Shown: positions 50,049 to 62,309, numbered from the stretch's first letter. The stretch: 64,000 nt of DNA from Candidatus Poribacteria bacterium (GCA_046582655.1 JAYGDX010000027.1:89136-153135); one strand, 5' to 3'. The notes: generated by a model from the sequence alone, not told the origin. Numbers and translations are program-made.

Positions 50049-51123
50049 CTAACCCTCCCATATTGATCGCAGTTCATATGCCTTCAGTTCAACGGCTTTG
50101 CAACACCCCTCTTCCGCAAATGTTACCAGAGTCTCCGCATTCGGTTCGGGCGAGAAATAGGTGATCGGTGACACTATACCATTGTTACCGAAAATTTCAA
50201 ACGAAACCCGATCTACCAGAATACGGAGCTTGATCCGGTCAGCTACCGGTTCGAGCGTAGCACGATCCATCCCCTCGCCACACTCAGCGTTTGTGGTTCG
50301 CCCTCCGATGATGGCGCTCTCTTCCTCTACGTATTCGGTCTTGCTGTTGCCACCGACCACAGCGATAATGACGTCCGATTTCTTTGCTACCTCGATGGCC
50401 TTGTAAAAATCGTTTTTGGACGGTTGTGAATTTCGCAACCACTGGTGTAATGAACCTCGGTCGCCTCCGGCACAATGACACGAATGGTGAACAGAATGGT
50501 CATTACTTCTTCCGAACGGTGGGCAGGGCACAATCACCAAGTTGTGTCCACTCGTATCACTGTTGGGATCGATCATAGCCACCGTATCATGTGTTTTCGA
50601 CAGTGGCAGGAGGTCTTTATCATTTTTCAGCAGTACTATGCTCTGTCGGGCGGCATCGAGCGCCAGTTGAAGATGCTCCGACCACCGTGCGACTGCTTCG
50701 GCTCAGTTCACGTCCACGTACGGATCGAGCAACCCAAGCAAAAACTTCAGCCGCAACACTCGGTGGGACGGTCGATGTCGTCAATGAAAACTTGCCCCTC
50801 TTCCAATGTCTCGGCAAGTTGGGCATCTTGTGCCCAACTTGCCGAGCACAATTTCTTCGTAGGCAGTATCGGGATTGTTCATGTCCAGTCCGGCTTTGAG
50901 TGCGAGCACGCCAGCATCTTTAGAATTACGTGCCACACGACAGCGAATCAGGTACTCCACATCCCACGCATCGCCCATCGTGATGCCTTAGAAGCCCCAT
51001 TGGTCCCGCAACAGGTCGGTCCAGATATTTGTGGCACGATGCCGGGACGCTATCATAAATGGCACGCTTGACCATGATACCACTGTCCACCACATCGCCC
51101 GCGTCTGGATAGGCACGCAACAT
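50049..51123 (-). pseudogene. Fragmented GH3 beta-glycosidase fused by deletion to a GH32 C-terminal fragment
   Basis: GH3 pieces LLRDQWGF..MGDAW, ALKAGLDM, ARQSIVLLKN..LLPL, SDVIIAVVGG..GEGMDRATL; then LRILVDRVSFEIFGNNG...YELRSIW (GH32 C-terminus). Confidence 0.75.
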
Positions 51124-51272
51124 GACAATTTATAATATCGTCATTAATTATTAAATCTGATTTTTATACTTGCGCCAACTATTAAATCTAAAGTATGCTA
51201 TTTTTACAGTTGCCGATATCTCCTTTCATTTGCCGCATATATCCTTCATCCTTCAACCTGCGGATTCTCACG

Positions 51273-52412
51273 ATGGCTACACTAATCCAAACTGAAAACA
51301 CCGACCAGAGCATACACTCCGACCAGGGTGCGCTTTCCTATCAGGAAGTGCTGACCGAAGGGCCAAAGTATAATGTGCCACCCCAAAAGACACGCGTGAA
51401 ATGGTATCGTTGCCACGTCGCGCGCGAAACGTTACGCGAACTCAACAGGCGCAGAAATTTTCTTGGATTCGCACAAACGCTCGGGTTTCTAGGGGTGTTG
51501 GCTACCGCCTCGGGCGTTGCCATCTATGCTTCGTTCCACTGGCCTTGGTATGTCACGGTGCTGCTGGTGTTTGTTAACGGCCACTTCTGGCATTTTCTAG
51601 TCAACGGCTTCCATGAGTTGGTCCACGACTCGGTCTTCAGTACCCGATGGCTCAACCGATTTTTCCTTCGTATCTTCTCATTCTTGGGCTGGTATAATCA
51701 CCATCTGTTCTGGGCCAGCCATACTGAGCACCACAAGTATGCTCTGCATCCTGAGCACCACAAGTATGCTCTGCATCCGCCCGACGATCAGGAAGTGGTG
51801 TTTCCCCAGAGGATCGACCTGAAAAACCTCTGGAAGAAGAGCATCATAAACTACCGATATCCCGACTCTCTACTCAGGAACAAGTTTCGAAACTTTATCG
51901 GGTACCTTGATACGGACAGCCCATGGATTGCCTCGCTCTTTCCCGAAACCGACCCGGAGCGGCGCCGCGCCTACACCAACTGGGAACGCATTGTGCTGAT
52001 TGGTCACCTGTTGATTGCAGGTGTGTCTCTGGCGTTCGGATACTGGGTCGTTCTCCTGGTGATTACCTTCCCAAAAACGTTCGGGGCGTGGCTACAATTC
52101 CTCTGCAATACCGCCCAGCACGTGGGGCTTCAGGACAAGGTGTCGGACTTCCGCCTGTGTAGCCGGACGATTTATCTCAACCCGATCCTCCAGTTCCTAT
52201 ACTGGTACATGAACTACCACATCGAGCATCACATGTACGCCGCGGTTCCATGCTATAAGCTCGGTCGGCTGCACAGGCTAATCAAGCACGAGATGCCGCA
52301 TTCCATCCGGGGTTTGCGTGAGACGTGGAAACACATCGCCGAGATCCTAGAGCGGCAGGAACACGACCCCGATTACCAGTACGTCGCCGAGTTGCCCACG
52401 CTCGATATATAG
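51273..52412 (+). CDS. Membrane fatty-acid desaturase family protein
   Basis: His boxes HELVH, HTEHH, HIEHH; TM segments. Confidence 0.88.
   Translation: MATLIQTENTDQSIHSDQGALSYQEVLTEGPKYNVPPQKTRVKWYRCHVARETLRELNRRRNFLGFAQTLGFLGVLATASGVAIYASFHWPWYVTVLLVFVNGHFWHFLVNGFHELVHDSVFSTRWLNRFFLRIFSFLGWYNHHLFWASHTEHHKYALHPEHHKYALHPPDDQEVVFPQRIDLKNLWKKSIINYRYPDSLLRNKFRNFIGYLDTDSPWIASLFPETDPERRRAYTNWERIVLIGHLLIAGVSLAFGYWVVLLVITFPKTFGAWLQFLCNTAQHVGLQDKVSDFRLCSRTIYLNPILQFLYWYMNYHIEHHMYAAVPCYKLGRLHRLIKHEMPHSIRGLRETWKHIAEILERQEHDPDYQYVAELPTLDI
51724..51777 (+). repeat. Perfect 27-bp tandem duplication inside the desaturase
   Basis: CTGAGCACCACAAGTATGCTCTGCATC twice. Confidence 0.95.
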
Positions 52413-52677
52413 CGAGCTGCTGCGCGTTCGACTGAGCGTCCAGTGCCCCTATTTAAAGTGCTAATCATCATGCGACCTAGCATTATTTCCTGGAGCATCT
52501 CAGTCAAAGAAATTGGCAAACACCGAGTTACACTCTATATAAAGGAGCTCCTATATCGCACGACTACGAACTGCACTTTTTCACCAAAAGCTGTCAATCG
52601 CCTGACGGTCGAAATCTTACTTTGGACACTATCCACACTGATAATAATTATGGCAGATGGTAGGGAGATTCACTGAT

Positions 52678-53754
52678 ATGGAAATACGAAAACTGGGGAA
52701 GACCAATCTTCAGGTCAGCGCCATTGGATTTGGTGGCGCGCGCCTCGATGAGCATCCTGAACAGGCTGTGGCAACCGTTCACAGGGCGCTGGCTTATGGG
52801 GTCAATTTTATCGACACAGCCAGGGATTACGGCCATAGTGAGAAATATCTGGGGCAAGCGCTTCAGGGACGTCGGTCAGAGCTTGTCCTAGCTACCAAAG
52901 TGGCGTTTAACCATGCGGATTTTGTACAAGAAAGTGTTGAGACCAGTCTTGCTCAACTCAGAGTAGACGATGTGGATCTTATTTATGCCCATGGCTGTAA
53001 CAATGCAGAGCACTACAGAATATTGATGCGCGAGCAGGGCATGCTTCATAAGCTGGAACGCATACGTTCAGAGGGGTTGACCCAGTTCATCGGCGTCAGC
53101 TTTGATCACTTTCTGCCCTTCGATGATGGCCAGACCAGTGTGGAACGGATGGTGACCTTGATCGAATCGGATGCCTTTGATGTGATTCAGATTCCAATGA
53201 GCTTGATCCGCATCGAACGAGTTGAGGATCAAGTTTTGCCCATGGCGGCAGAACGGAATCTGGGTGTTGTAGTCAATTTTCCTACGGCTAATGGCATCCT
53301 CACAGGCGATATCGGGGTCTTTTACGATATACTCGATTCGTATATTGCCACTTCTTATCAAGGGGCATTGCTCGCACCTCTTCTGCACCCCGCTGTTTCC
53401 TGTGTGCTCTCGGGGATGAGTACACCAGCATTTGCAGATGAAAATTGTGCCTTGGGTTCGATGATTGAAAACATCTCCAAGCCAGAACGTCACCGGTTGT
53501 GGGATAGCATTCAAGCAGTGGGCATCGGTCCATGCCGAAGTTGTGGGCGTTGCGCACCGTATACGCAGGATATCCCTGTTAGACAGATCATGACCTACCA
53601 TGACGCAGTGAATCGATTTGGTGTTCAATCCGCCTTTCCATGGTATGAAAAGTTTAGAGAACAGGTCCTGGCCTGTGATACTTTCAAGGGGGCAGACGCA
53701 GTTTGCCCTGAAGAGTTTGACGTTCTCGCAGAAGTAAAAAAAGTGTATAGATGA
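52678..53754 (+). CDS. Aldo/keto reductase with degenerate C-terminal Fe-S-like segment
   Basis: RKLGKTNLQVSAIGFG, DTARDYGHSE, ATK; C-terminal CRSCGRC...CP. Confidence 0.88.
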   Translation: MEIRKLGKTNLQVSAIGFGGARLDEHPEQAVATVHRALAYGVNFIDTARDYGHSEKYLGQALQGRRSELVLATKVAFNHADFVQESVETSLAQLRVDDVDLIYAHGCNNAEHYRILMREQGMLHKLERIRSEGLTQFIGVSFDHFLPFDDGQTSVERMVTLIESDAFDVIQIPMSLIRIERVEDQVLPMAAERNLGVVVNFPTANGILTGDIGVFYDILDSYIATSYQGALLAPLLHPAVSCVLSGMSTPAFADENCALGSMIENISKPERHRLWDSIQAVGIGPCRSCGRCAPYTQDIPVRQIMTYHDAVNRFGVQSAFPWYEKFREQVLACDTFKGADAVCPEEFDVLAEVKKVYR

Positions 53755-53769
53755 TGGGTCAGAGAGGGA

Positions 53770-56700
53770 ATGCGTATGCTGTTCACGTAAAAGTCGAGAC
53801 GATTGGATCGTTGTCGGTATATTCGATAAGCTTTGGCTTTATTTATGTTGCCTGTTGTTGCTCAGATGGAAGACCGACCTCACATCGTATTTGTCGTCGG
53901 TGAGGCTGAATATCGTTCGGAGTTGACAATGCCGGCGCTGGCGCGGGTCTTATCGAGCAACTACGGCTTTCAGACCACTGTGCTAATAGATAGTGAACTT
54001 GAAGGTGAGCAGACAACGTCAATTGAAGGATTAGATACGCTCAGTAGTGCCGACCTTGTCATCTTGTACCTCCGCTTTCGTCAGTTACCCGATGCGCAGC
54101 TAGCCAAAATACAGGTCTATATTGACAGCGGAAGACCGATTGTCGCCTTTCGAACCACAACCCACGCCTTTGCCTATGAGGGCGAAGACCTACGTGCGAA
54201 GCAGTGGAATAATTTTGGAGCTCGGGAATTGGGGGCGCCGTGGATTTACCACTACGGTCACGACGCAAGCACGGATGCGAAAACCGTCGGTGAGCATCCG
54301 ATTCTGAACGGCGTCTCGACCGAATTCCACGTTCGCTCATGGACATATCATGTGCGTCCCGACTATCCGCCGAAGAGCGCGAATATCTTGGTCTACGGTC
54401 GCCCTGTTTTTCCCGATGGTTCTCGCGGTGATGAAGAGACCTTCAATCCGATTACTTGGACGTGTATGCACTCTGGTGGTGGACGGGTTTTTACAACGAC
54501 AATGGGACACCCAGCCGATTTCGACAACCCCAACTTTCAACAGTTGGTGATCAATGGTGTCCATTGGACGTTGGGGCTCGAATCACCGGCTCAACTGTTT
54601 CCAGACTGGGAGCCGATTGAGATGGAATTGGAAGGTGAATCGCCACCTGACGAAGGGCCGTGGCTTGACATGAACTACGGCCCATTTGTATCAACGGCAA
54701 TTTCGGTTGAGGATGGTAACATCATTCACAAAGGGATTGTGATTCCGTTGACTGAAGACATAAATGGTGGAGCGGTCGTTTTCGATACCGATCTCTTGCG
54801 TTATGCTGCTGGGTGGATAAACGGATTCATTGACTTTGAAGGGGTGGTGTATAACGGCACTCACGGCACCTTCCCATCAACTGTGGGCGACGTTATTTGG
54901 TCAAATCCGGTGAGACCGGGGTGCGGGAGCGATCGCAATTTGGAAGACCCGCGTGACAGACCTTTTGGCCTGTTGCCCAAGGATTGGGCGCAATGGAAAG
55001 GTCTGTATCTTCATCAGGATCGTGTTATCTTGTCTTATACAATTGGTGACCGTAAAATCCTGGAAATGCCTGGGTTAGAACAGGGTGAGAATTGGTTGGC
55101 TTTCACACGGACATTTCATATCAGTCCTTCTGAATTTGACCATTTCGTTCGTCTGATAACACGTGCAAATGGAAAGGTTCAAGGCGTCCAGCCATCAAGG
55201 AGACAGTACCTCCACCTTCAGATAGTATCCGAAACGGAAGAGGAAGGAATCCTGACTGAGTTCGTCGGGCACCGCCTCCCAGCGTGAGTTTGGAATTCTC
55301 GAATCAGGATAAAGAAATACTTCTCCATATTGGCCCATCAGATCAACCTATAGCCACCAAAATTTTGATTGTACCATTCGATGGTGAGACTAACTTGGAA
55401 ACCTGGCAGGCATTCCGCCAATCGTCACCGCTGCCTGAACGTCTCGATACATTCACTAATGGGGGAGTTCCACGCTGGTCGGAGGAAATAGTTACGCAAG
55501 GGACTCTGGATATCCAACGGCATATAGCCGTTGAGACGATTGAAGTCTCCGGTCAATCAGAGGAACTGGCAGACTGGAGTGCGGGACGCCTCGGATATCG
55601 TCCTGCGATTGCAGCAACAGACCTGCGCTCTTGGCCAGATAGGGCTGATGCTGCAGGGCATATTGCTGTCCTGAATCCACTGGACATCTCTCTGGTTATC
55701 AAAGAGGGAATTAAGGATGATAAACTTATCGGATGGTGGTAGTTTGATGAAGGTATTAGCAACCTTCCCGTTAATCGTATTTCTGACGCACCGACCATCG
55801 AACTCGACGGCGCAACTTGGCGGCGGGGTATCATGGTCGGTGCGTTGAGTTTGACGGTACTGATCAGGCCTTCATTCATGATGACGACCAACTTGACTTT
55901 GACGCAACCGATCTGACCATTGCTGTCTGGGTATCAACCGATGCTGGAGGAACAATTCTATCGGAAACACTCGAAGGTGAGGAATGGGTTCCAAACGGGA
56001 AGACGCTCTTCATCCGCAATGGCCATCTAGCCTTTGATGTGGGCTGGGTCGGGGTGGTTGAGAGCGAAGTTCGTGTTAATGATGGACGGTGGCATCATAT
56101 TATGCTGACATGGCATCATCGGGGGTGAGGCAGCTATTTTTATTGATGGTGAAAAGGTTGGCAGCCAGCGTCTCAAACCGGATCAACCACTGGATGGAGA
56201 TGTGTTACGGCTCGGATTTACCGCCGAGGATTTCCCGGAAGAGATGCCGTGGTTCAGCGGCAAGATGGATGGATTGCGGATTTACAACCGCGCATTGACC
56301 GCCGAAGAAACTGCGATGCTTTTCAAGCGCATCTGGCGTCCATCAGTGATCGCTTTTGCGGTAGTAGAAACGGAGAATGAACATCCGATGGCTCAACCGA
56401 TGGCTGGCGTGGTTTGGTCGGTTGAAAACGAAAAGGTGTCGCTTCATTTACAGAAAGGGTTGCGGGTCAAGATTCTCAAGTGGACAGGTGCATCAGAGAA
56501 ACTCCACGAATTTGCGCGGTACGTTCAACATGGCGGCCTTGACCCGAATCAACCGTTCGCCATTGATTGGATTGACGCTCCCAATCAAAATCCGTGAGCG
56601 TCGTGGCTGCGTTTTGGTGGGTTCGATTTCTTCTCAGATTGTTCTTGTGCAGCCATTTCCATCTGGAGTGGTGACGTGTGGACGGTCTCCGGTTTGGACG

Positions 56701-57547
56701 AAGACCTGGATGAACTTGTCTGGCAACGCATGGCTACAGGCTTGAATCAGCCACTCGGTCTGAAAATTGTTAATGACCAGATCTACGTGGTTGGTCGCGA
56801 CCAGATTACCCGACTCGTTGATCTCAACAGAGATGGCGAGACCGACTTCTACCAAAACTTCAACAATGATACCTACAATACAGAGCATTTCCATGAACCC
56901 TGCATGGATTTACAGACCGACGCCACGGGCAATTTTTACTACATGAAGGTGGCTCGACATGCCCTTCGCGCAACCCATCCACACCACGGAACGCTGATTC
57001 GCGTTTCCCCGAGCGGTCGTACCTCGGAGGTGGTTGCCTACGGATTCCGCGCCTCGAACGGTCTTGGCATCGAACCGGGGCCAGTTTTCTATGGTACTGA
57101 TCAGGAGGGACACTGGATGCCTGCCAATCGACTGAATCGGATCAAACCCGGAGACTTCCACGGAAACGTCTGGGGATGGACGCAGGATAATACCCCCAGG
57201 ATGGGGTGGTGCTTACCTTCGCTACACCGCTCGACGCTGACTCAGCAACCGATCCCGATAACTGGCGACTCGAAGCTTGGAACTACCGATGGAGTGAGGA
57301 GTATGGTTCACCAGAATACACGCGTTCGGGAGAAGAGGGCCGGGATACGCTAACAATCCACCGGGTAATGCTCTCCAAGGAGGGAAAAGCTGTGTTCCTT
57401 GAGATTCCTGATATTATGCCAACCATGCAGTTTCATCTTATTATTCGTGGTTCGTTCACCGATGGCACTCCGTTCGAAAACTACCTTCATGGTACCATCC
57501 ACGCTGTGGAAAATGTGTCCGGAGAACAATTGCTTGATGCACGTTGA
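53770..57547 (+). pseudogene. Large fragmented multidomain secreted protein (ThuA + DUF6797-like + LamG + glucose/sorbosone-dehydrogenase-like propeller)
   Basis: Consecutive ORFs 53833-55287, 55284-55742, 55817-56128, 56202-56597, 56676-57353, 57206-57547 in shifting frames; WW*FDEG; DGRWHHI; ATGLNQPLG, YGFRASNG, DQEGHW. Confidence 0.75.
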
Positions 57548-57827
57548 TCAGTAGCTATTGGTGTAATATCTAAACACACTAGACAATTAGGTGTGGAAAA
57601 GCATCTAAAAGTTGCATTCTTATATCAAATTGAGGTTAAATAATATAGATTTGCTTTGGACTTTCCCAAAGAGCAGACAACTTTAACCAAGTCCGAAGCA
57701 CCTCATCGAAAGTTGTGGTGCGGCGCGTCACAGTGTGGGTGTTGAGGCGGCTCGACGCGGCTGCGATGGTTCATACAAAATATTTGTACACTCCTAGTAA
57801 TTCATACACTCAGACATGAGCGCTCCT

Positions 57828-59033
57828 TTATACCGCGGTTTGGGAGGGCTTCCACGTTTCGCCTGCCGCCGCGGCTTGGCGCTCCAACTCACTGCGCCAA
57901 CCCACTACCTCCCCAGCTTTGATGTGCCCGATGTCAAACCCCGGGTACCGGTCCTCGAGCGTATCCCCCAGCTTCTGTGTTTCGGCCCAACGGTCCCACG
58001 CTGTCTTCATCCATTCGTGTGGCAAAGCTGCTCGCACGGCAGGATCGAGTTGCCACGCGTGTCGCACGTCCGCCACCGACGGCTCCCCGGTGAACGCGCC
58101 CGACCACTTCGACCAACCGATTGACAAAGTGTTGCGCTCTCGATCAGGAACGGTGTGCCCAGTGTGAATCGTGGTCCCATTGCGGATGAGGGCTTCCCCG
58201 GCCTTGAGCCGGATCGCGACCTGGTTTGGTAATGGATCCACGCGGTTCCAACTGGGTGTGTACGGTATCCCTTGGTCCTTCATCGCTTGCGGGAGGAGTA
58301 CGTCATGCTCAAACGGTGTACGCCATCGATCGTGGCTACCAAGCACGAGCTCGTGGCACTCGTCGTCTACTAGCGCCAAGAACATGCTCACTCCGTTTCG
58401 CTCAGTGATAACCTTCACGTTATTTGCGCGGATTTCTTCCCAGCGGAGCTTTTCGGTCTCCTCGGAGTAAGCCTCAGGGCCCTCCCCTCGGTCGTCCTTC
58501 TGCGCAAAGTAGGCCTTCCCGGTGCCCCACCACGTCGTGTCTCGGTGCCAACTGGGCCCATTCTCGTGCAGCCGGGGATTACACCACAGGAGCATTCCAC
58601 TCATCACCATATCCTCAGGCTGAAGCCCACCACACCAGGAGTGGACGAAGCTTAGGAAATCTGGAGAGCCGTGGAACTCGGCAAAGCTGGGCTCCTCGAA
58701 AGCGGGATGGATGAGGCCCCGGATTGCCCAAGGCTCATCGTCTTTCGCGCGGTGCACGTAGCCCTTCGAGCAGTCGATCTTACTGTAGCCATGGTCGGGT
58801 GAGCACGACTCGGTAACACGGCGGCCCGCCTCGCGGAGAATGGGGATCATTGGGTTGCCGACAAAGTCGGTGATAATGATGAAACCATGCTCCTCCAAGT
58901 AGGCTAACCTCTCTGGCGTGGCCCCAGGAGCCGCAAGCCCTGGCTTGGCGTCAGCAAAGGCCGAGGCGCGGTAAGACTTAGAGATCGGCTCAGGCTCCAC
59001 CGCCGACGGTGATTGATAGTTATTCATTTTCAT
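57828..59033 (-). CDS. Phytanoyl-CoA dioxygenase (PhyH)-like Fe(II)/2-oxoglutarate oxygenase
   Basis: LEEHGFII, WHRD, LVLGSH, LKAGE...IHTG...R; visibly GC-richer than its flanks. Confidence 0.78.
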   Translation of the reverse strand: MKMNNYQSPSAVEPEPISKSYRASAFADAKPGLAAPGATPERLAYLEEHGFIIITDFVGNPMIPILREAGRRVTESCSPDHGYSKIDCSKGYVHRAKDDEPWAIRGLIHPAFEEPSFAEFHGSPDFLSFVHSWCGGLQPEDMVMSGMLLWCNPRLHENGPSWHRDTTWWGTGKAYFAQKDDRGEGPEAYSEETEKLRWEEIRANNVKVITERNGVSMFLALVDDECHELVLGSHDRWRTPFEHDVLLPQAMKDQGIPYTPSWNRVDPLPNQVAIRLKAGEALIRNGTTIHTGHTVPDRERNTLSIGWSKWSGAFTGEPSVADVRHAWQLDPAVRAALPHEWMKTAWDRWAETQKLGDTLEDRYPGFDIGHIKAGEVVGWRSELERQAAAAGETWKPSQTAV

Positions 59034-60084
59034 TCCTTTTTCCTTTCTATTTTTTATGACGGTAACTGATAGGAAATTTGATTTAACGCCCTGTTTACGG
59101 GTCCTAGTCTAAGTACTCCAAAAAACATCGGCTGCGGTTGTTTCGGGAGGTGCAGTAAGGAATTCTCTTGCCCCAGCAAGGATTTCTTGAACCTTTGGCA
59201 CCGCATCTTCTAATGCTTCCCGATCTTCATAGTACGCAGTGGCAACTACCTTATTTTACTAACACTCCCTATATGACCAACAATCAAACTAGGTATGTTC
59301 TTAGGCTCGTTTTTTAATACTCTCAATGTAAAGACGTCAAGTCATCAAAATTTTCTGGTTTTAATCTTGAGGTGAGTGATTCGGTATTTAATGATTTTAC
59401 CAATCCTTTAAATAGTAAACTGTAATATGGTAGCAGGAAATTAGAATAGCACAAGCACTGGAAAAAGTGTTCAAATTTTACACAAAGATGAATTTGGGTA
59501 GTCTCCTATAGGCTTTGAATGAATGAAGCAAGAAGATCTTTATTTCTTTTATCCTTCATTTTTTTCTTAGTGGCTCCCCTTTGTTTTTTGGAGATATTAT
59601 CTTGGTTAGAGATTTTCACTATTTTTCCGTTTCTTGCTGTGACTTTTATTTTTATATTAGGGTTTTTAGCATTAACTGAAAATCCCGCTTTGGCTGATAC
59701 TTCTCCTGTCCATTAACAGGCTAAACAGCAGCTGCGTGACTATATCCGCACCTATATCCAACCTTTGCTACGGGTAGGTAAACAGATGGATTTAAAGGAC
59801 ATGCTATATCAGGTTAACATCAGAAGGCCTAAGCTCGGTAAGCAACAGGTTCGGAGTGTGCTTTAGCAGATCTTTAGAAATAAACTGTAACAACATTATA
59901 TGGTGGTTTTGAATCATGACAGTAACGGGCACTGATGGTAAGGTCTATACAGTAGAACCAGAAGCTTAATTTGCAAAGGGCTAAATTGAGTGGGGCTGAC
60001 TTACCAAATACAAATTCAATAAGTGGAGAAACCTCGTATGAAACTTAAATGCAGAGTACTGGACTTCATCTTTGTCATAGCCGT

Positions 60085-60280
60085 TCGGCCTTTTTCGGTG
60101 TAAGAGTCGAGTAATGGCATCATGTGCTGGACGATTGTTCGATTCCGGCTGAACTTTGGTTGCTTCAAGACAGCTATAACTCAGTTGTGCTCCGATCAGA
60201 AACTGGATATAATCCTTATCGTGATATTTCGATGCATTTATGACTCTATTATAATTCAAATATCAACTGCGTAACTTCTA
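60085..60280 (-). mobile_element. IS701-family remnant (left end plus transposase N-terminus)
   Basis: DYIQFLIG...SCLEATKVQP...PAHDAITRLL; terminal TAGAAGTTACGCAGTTGA (60280-60263). Confidence 0.75.
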
Positions 60281-60480
60281 TAATAGTTGGTTTCGTGATG
60301 TAATGCTTTGAATTGACTGTTGTTGCAGAGCAACTATTTTTTGAAATTGATCTTACTTGTTCGAGGAAAGATTCAATTTTTCTATCTTTTCGGTTAATGT
60401 TGTTTAAGAGTGTTAAAAGGAGGAATATTTCCATGACAGCAGTTGCAATTACACTCGGAATAGCTGGGCGAATTATTAAT

Positions 60481-61802
60481 ATGAAGCTAATTGGCCAAGT
60501 GTTGAAAATAATGAAGCGACATCTTTACCCAATTAGGCTACCACGATGGTCCAGCCGTCTATCGATGGTCGCTTCGGCTGCGTTGGCGCTCTGCGCTCCG
60601 TCTCTAAACGCGCAGGGTGAAACAACCAGGATGGCCAAGAAAGCTCTGGGGCTAAACAAGATCACTGCCTTCTACGGCGCCTACCCGGAACTTAAATCGC
60701 AAACCTTTGCTAGAGGTAGCGACTGGAAGTATTGGAATAAGCGGGGCGGGATTGTCTCAAGGGGGGTGGTCCACCAAGCGTTTCTAAGCCAGAACGTCGC
60801 CGAGGCTTCCGACTATCTAGCCAAATTAGATTTTGGTGACAATCCCACACCGGTGATTGACATTGACGAGCTCGGTTGGGACTTTGACGAGGGAATCGAC
60901 CGGCACTCGATGGAGATCCTGAAAGCAACGCACAATAAGAGATCCGACCTAAAAATCGCGATTTGGCAGATGCGGGAGTCCCGTCACACCGAAGTTGGCG
61001 GCAGTATATCGCGATACCGTTGAGCAGGTTATGATGGAGACTTACGTTGACCTGAATGATCCGTGGATGATTGCGTTTCAGTTGCAGGCAGCGCGTCTTA
61101 ACGGTTTGCTGGAGAGGAGCGTAGTGGCCTTGGGGCTGGGCAAGGAGAGCGACGATAAAGGTGGGTACCGATGGACCCAGACGGCCGAAGAACTGGAGCA
61201 GCAGATCCGACTCATCCGGTTTGTCGCACCGGAGTCGCCCGGTGTAGCGTTCTTCGGCAAGTGGAAGTTAAAGGAGAACGACTGTCCGCTGACGGATAAA
61301 CAGTTGGACGATATCTGTGGGCGTTTTCTGGAGATCCCTACCGACGGTCATGGCCTCAAGCCCGAGCTGCTTCAGTTAGGGAGGATCTTCGCTAAAAGTT
61401 ACGATAGGCCAGCCATTTTCTGTTCGTCGACCTTTGTGTTGCCATATTTTCATTCTGGTCATGATGGGGGGACAGTGGGGCGAGTCGTATGAACCGCCAG
61501 TCGCCCGCGTGCTCATGATGAATCTAGGTGACAAAAGTGCAGAAGGTATGAAGGTGGGCCTGCGAGACCAGAAAAAGGGGGTATGGGCTGCTGGGCTAGT
61601 GGACGTCCCGGCTCGATCGGTGGTAGTGGCACTACTGCCCATACTATCGGGCAAGGGGTTCTGGGGCTGGGGTGGAACCTCTATCATGGAAGTCAATGCT
61701 CCGGAATACGAGGTGTTCAGTTTCTTGGATTTCCGTCACCATGGGAAGCAGAATCCGAGCCAAAAGCCTTTTAACGAAACTTCTGTTGACAAGATAGAGT
61801 AA
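60481..61802 (+). pseudogene. Frameshifted hypothetical secreted protein
   Basis: Overlapping ORFs 60313-61023, 60995-61492 and 61434-61802 read as one protein; signal-like segment. Confidence 0.6.
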
Positions 61803-61933
61803 CTACGTCATTGTCAATTTATCTAAAAACGTGAGGTGAAAGCCTAATCAGCCGTTGCAGTTGACGGCAGGGATGTGGCGTTATTGACGTTTTTGGGGTT
61901 TCAGTGGGCCATTATAAGCGAGGTAGACGAGAT

Positions 61934-62182
61934 ATGATTGGAGCCATTGTCGGAGACATCACTGGCTCAGTTTATGAGCGCCGCCAGATTAAGACCGAGG
62001 ATTTCTCGCTCTCCTATCCTCAGCGCACCCCTGACCATCGCGGTGGCCAACTCGGCTCTCACTGGCTGTTCTTACGGGCAATCGGTTCACGAGATTGTCC
62101 GATGCTATCCAAGAGCAGGATACGGGGGATCTTTTATCAACTGGCAAGTGGAGCAGGGTTGACGACGTTCGGATGGTCATGA
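61934..62182 (+). pseudogene. ADP-ribosylglycohydrolase (DraG-like) N-terminal remnant
   Basis: MIGAIVGDITGSVYE...; shifted frame LTIAVANS...YPRAGYGGSFINW; TDD motif missing. Confidence 0.8.
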
Positions 62183-62309
62183 TATTTGTCATCTTAAATG
62201 GTCGGCACCACGTATTAGAAACAGAACCCTTTTAGTTAAACAGTTTATTAAAACTTTATCTGGAAGTTCAGTCAGATAAACCTTAGCAATTGCACGAAAT
62301 CAGATTATA

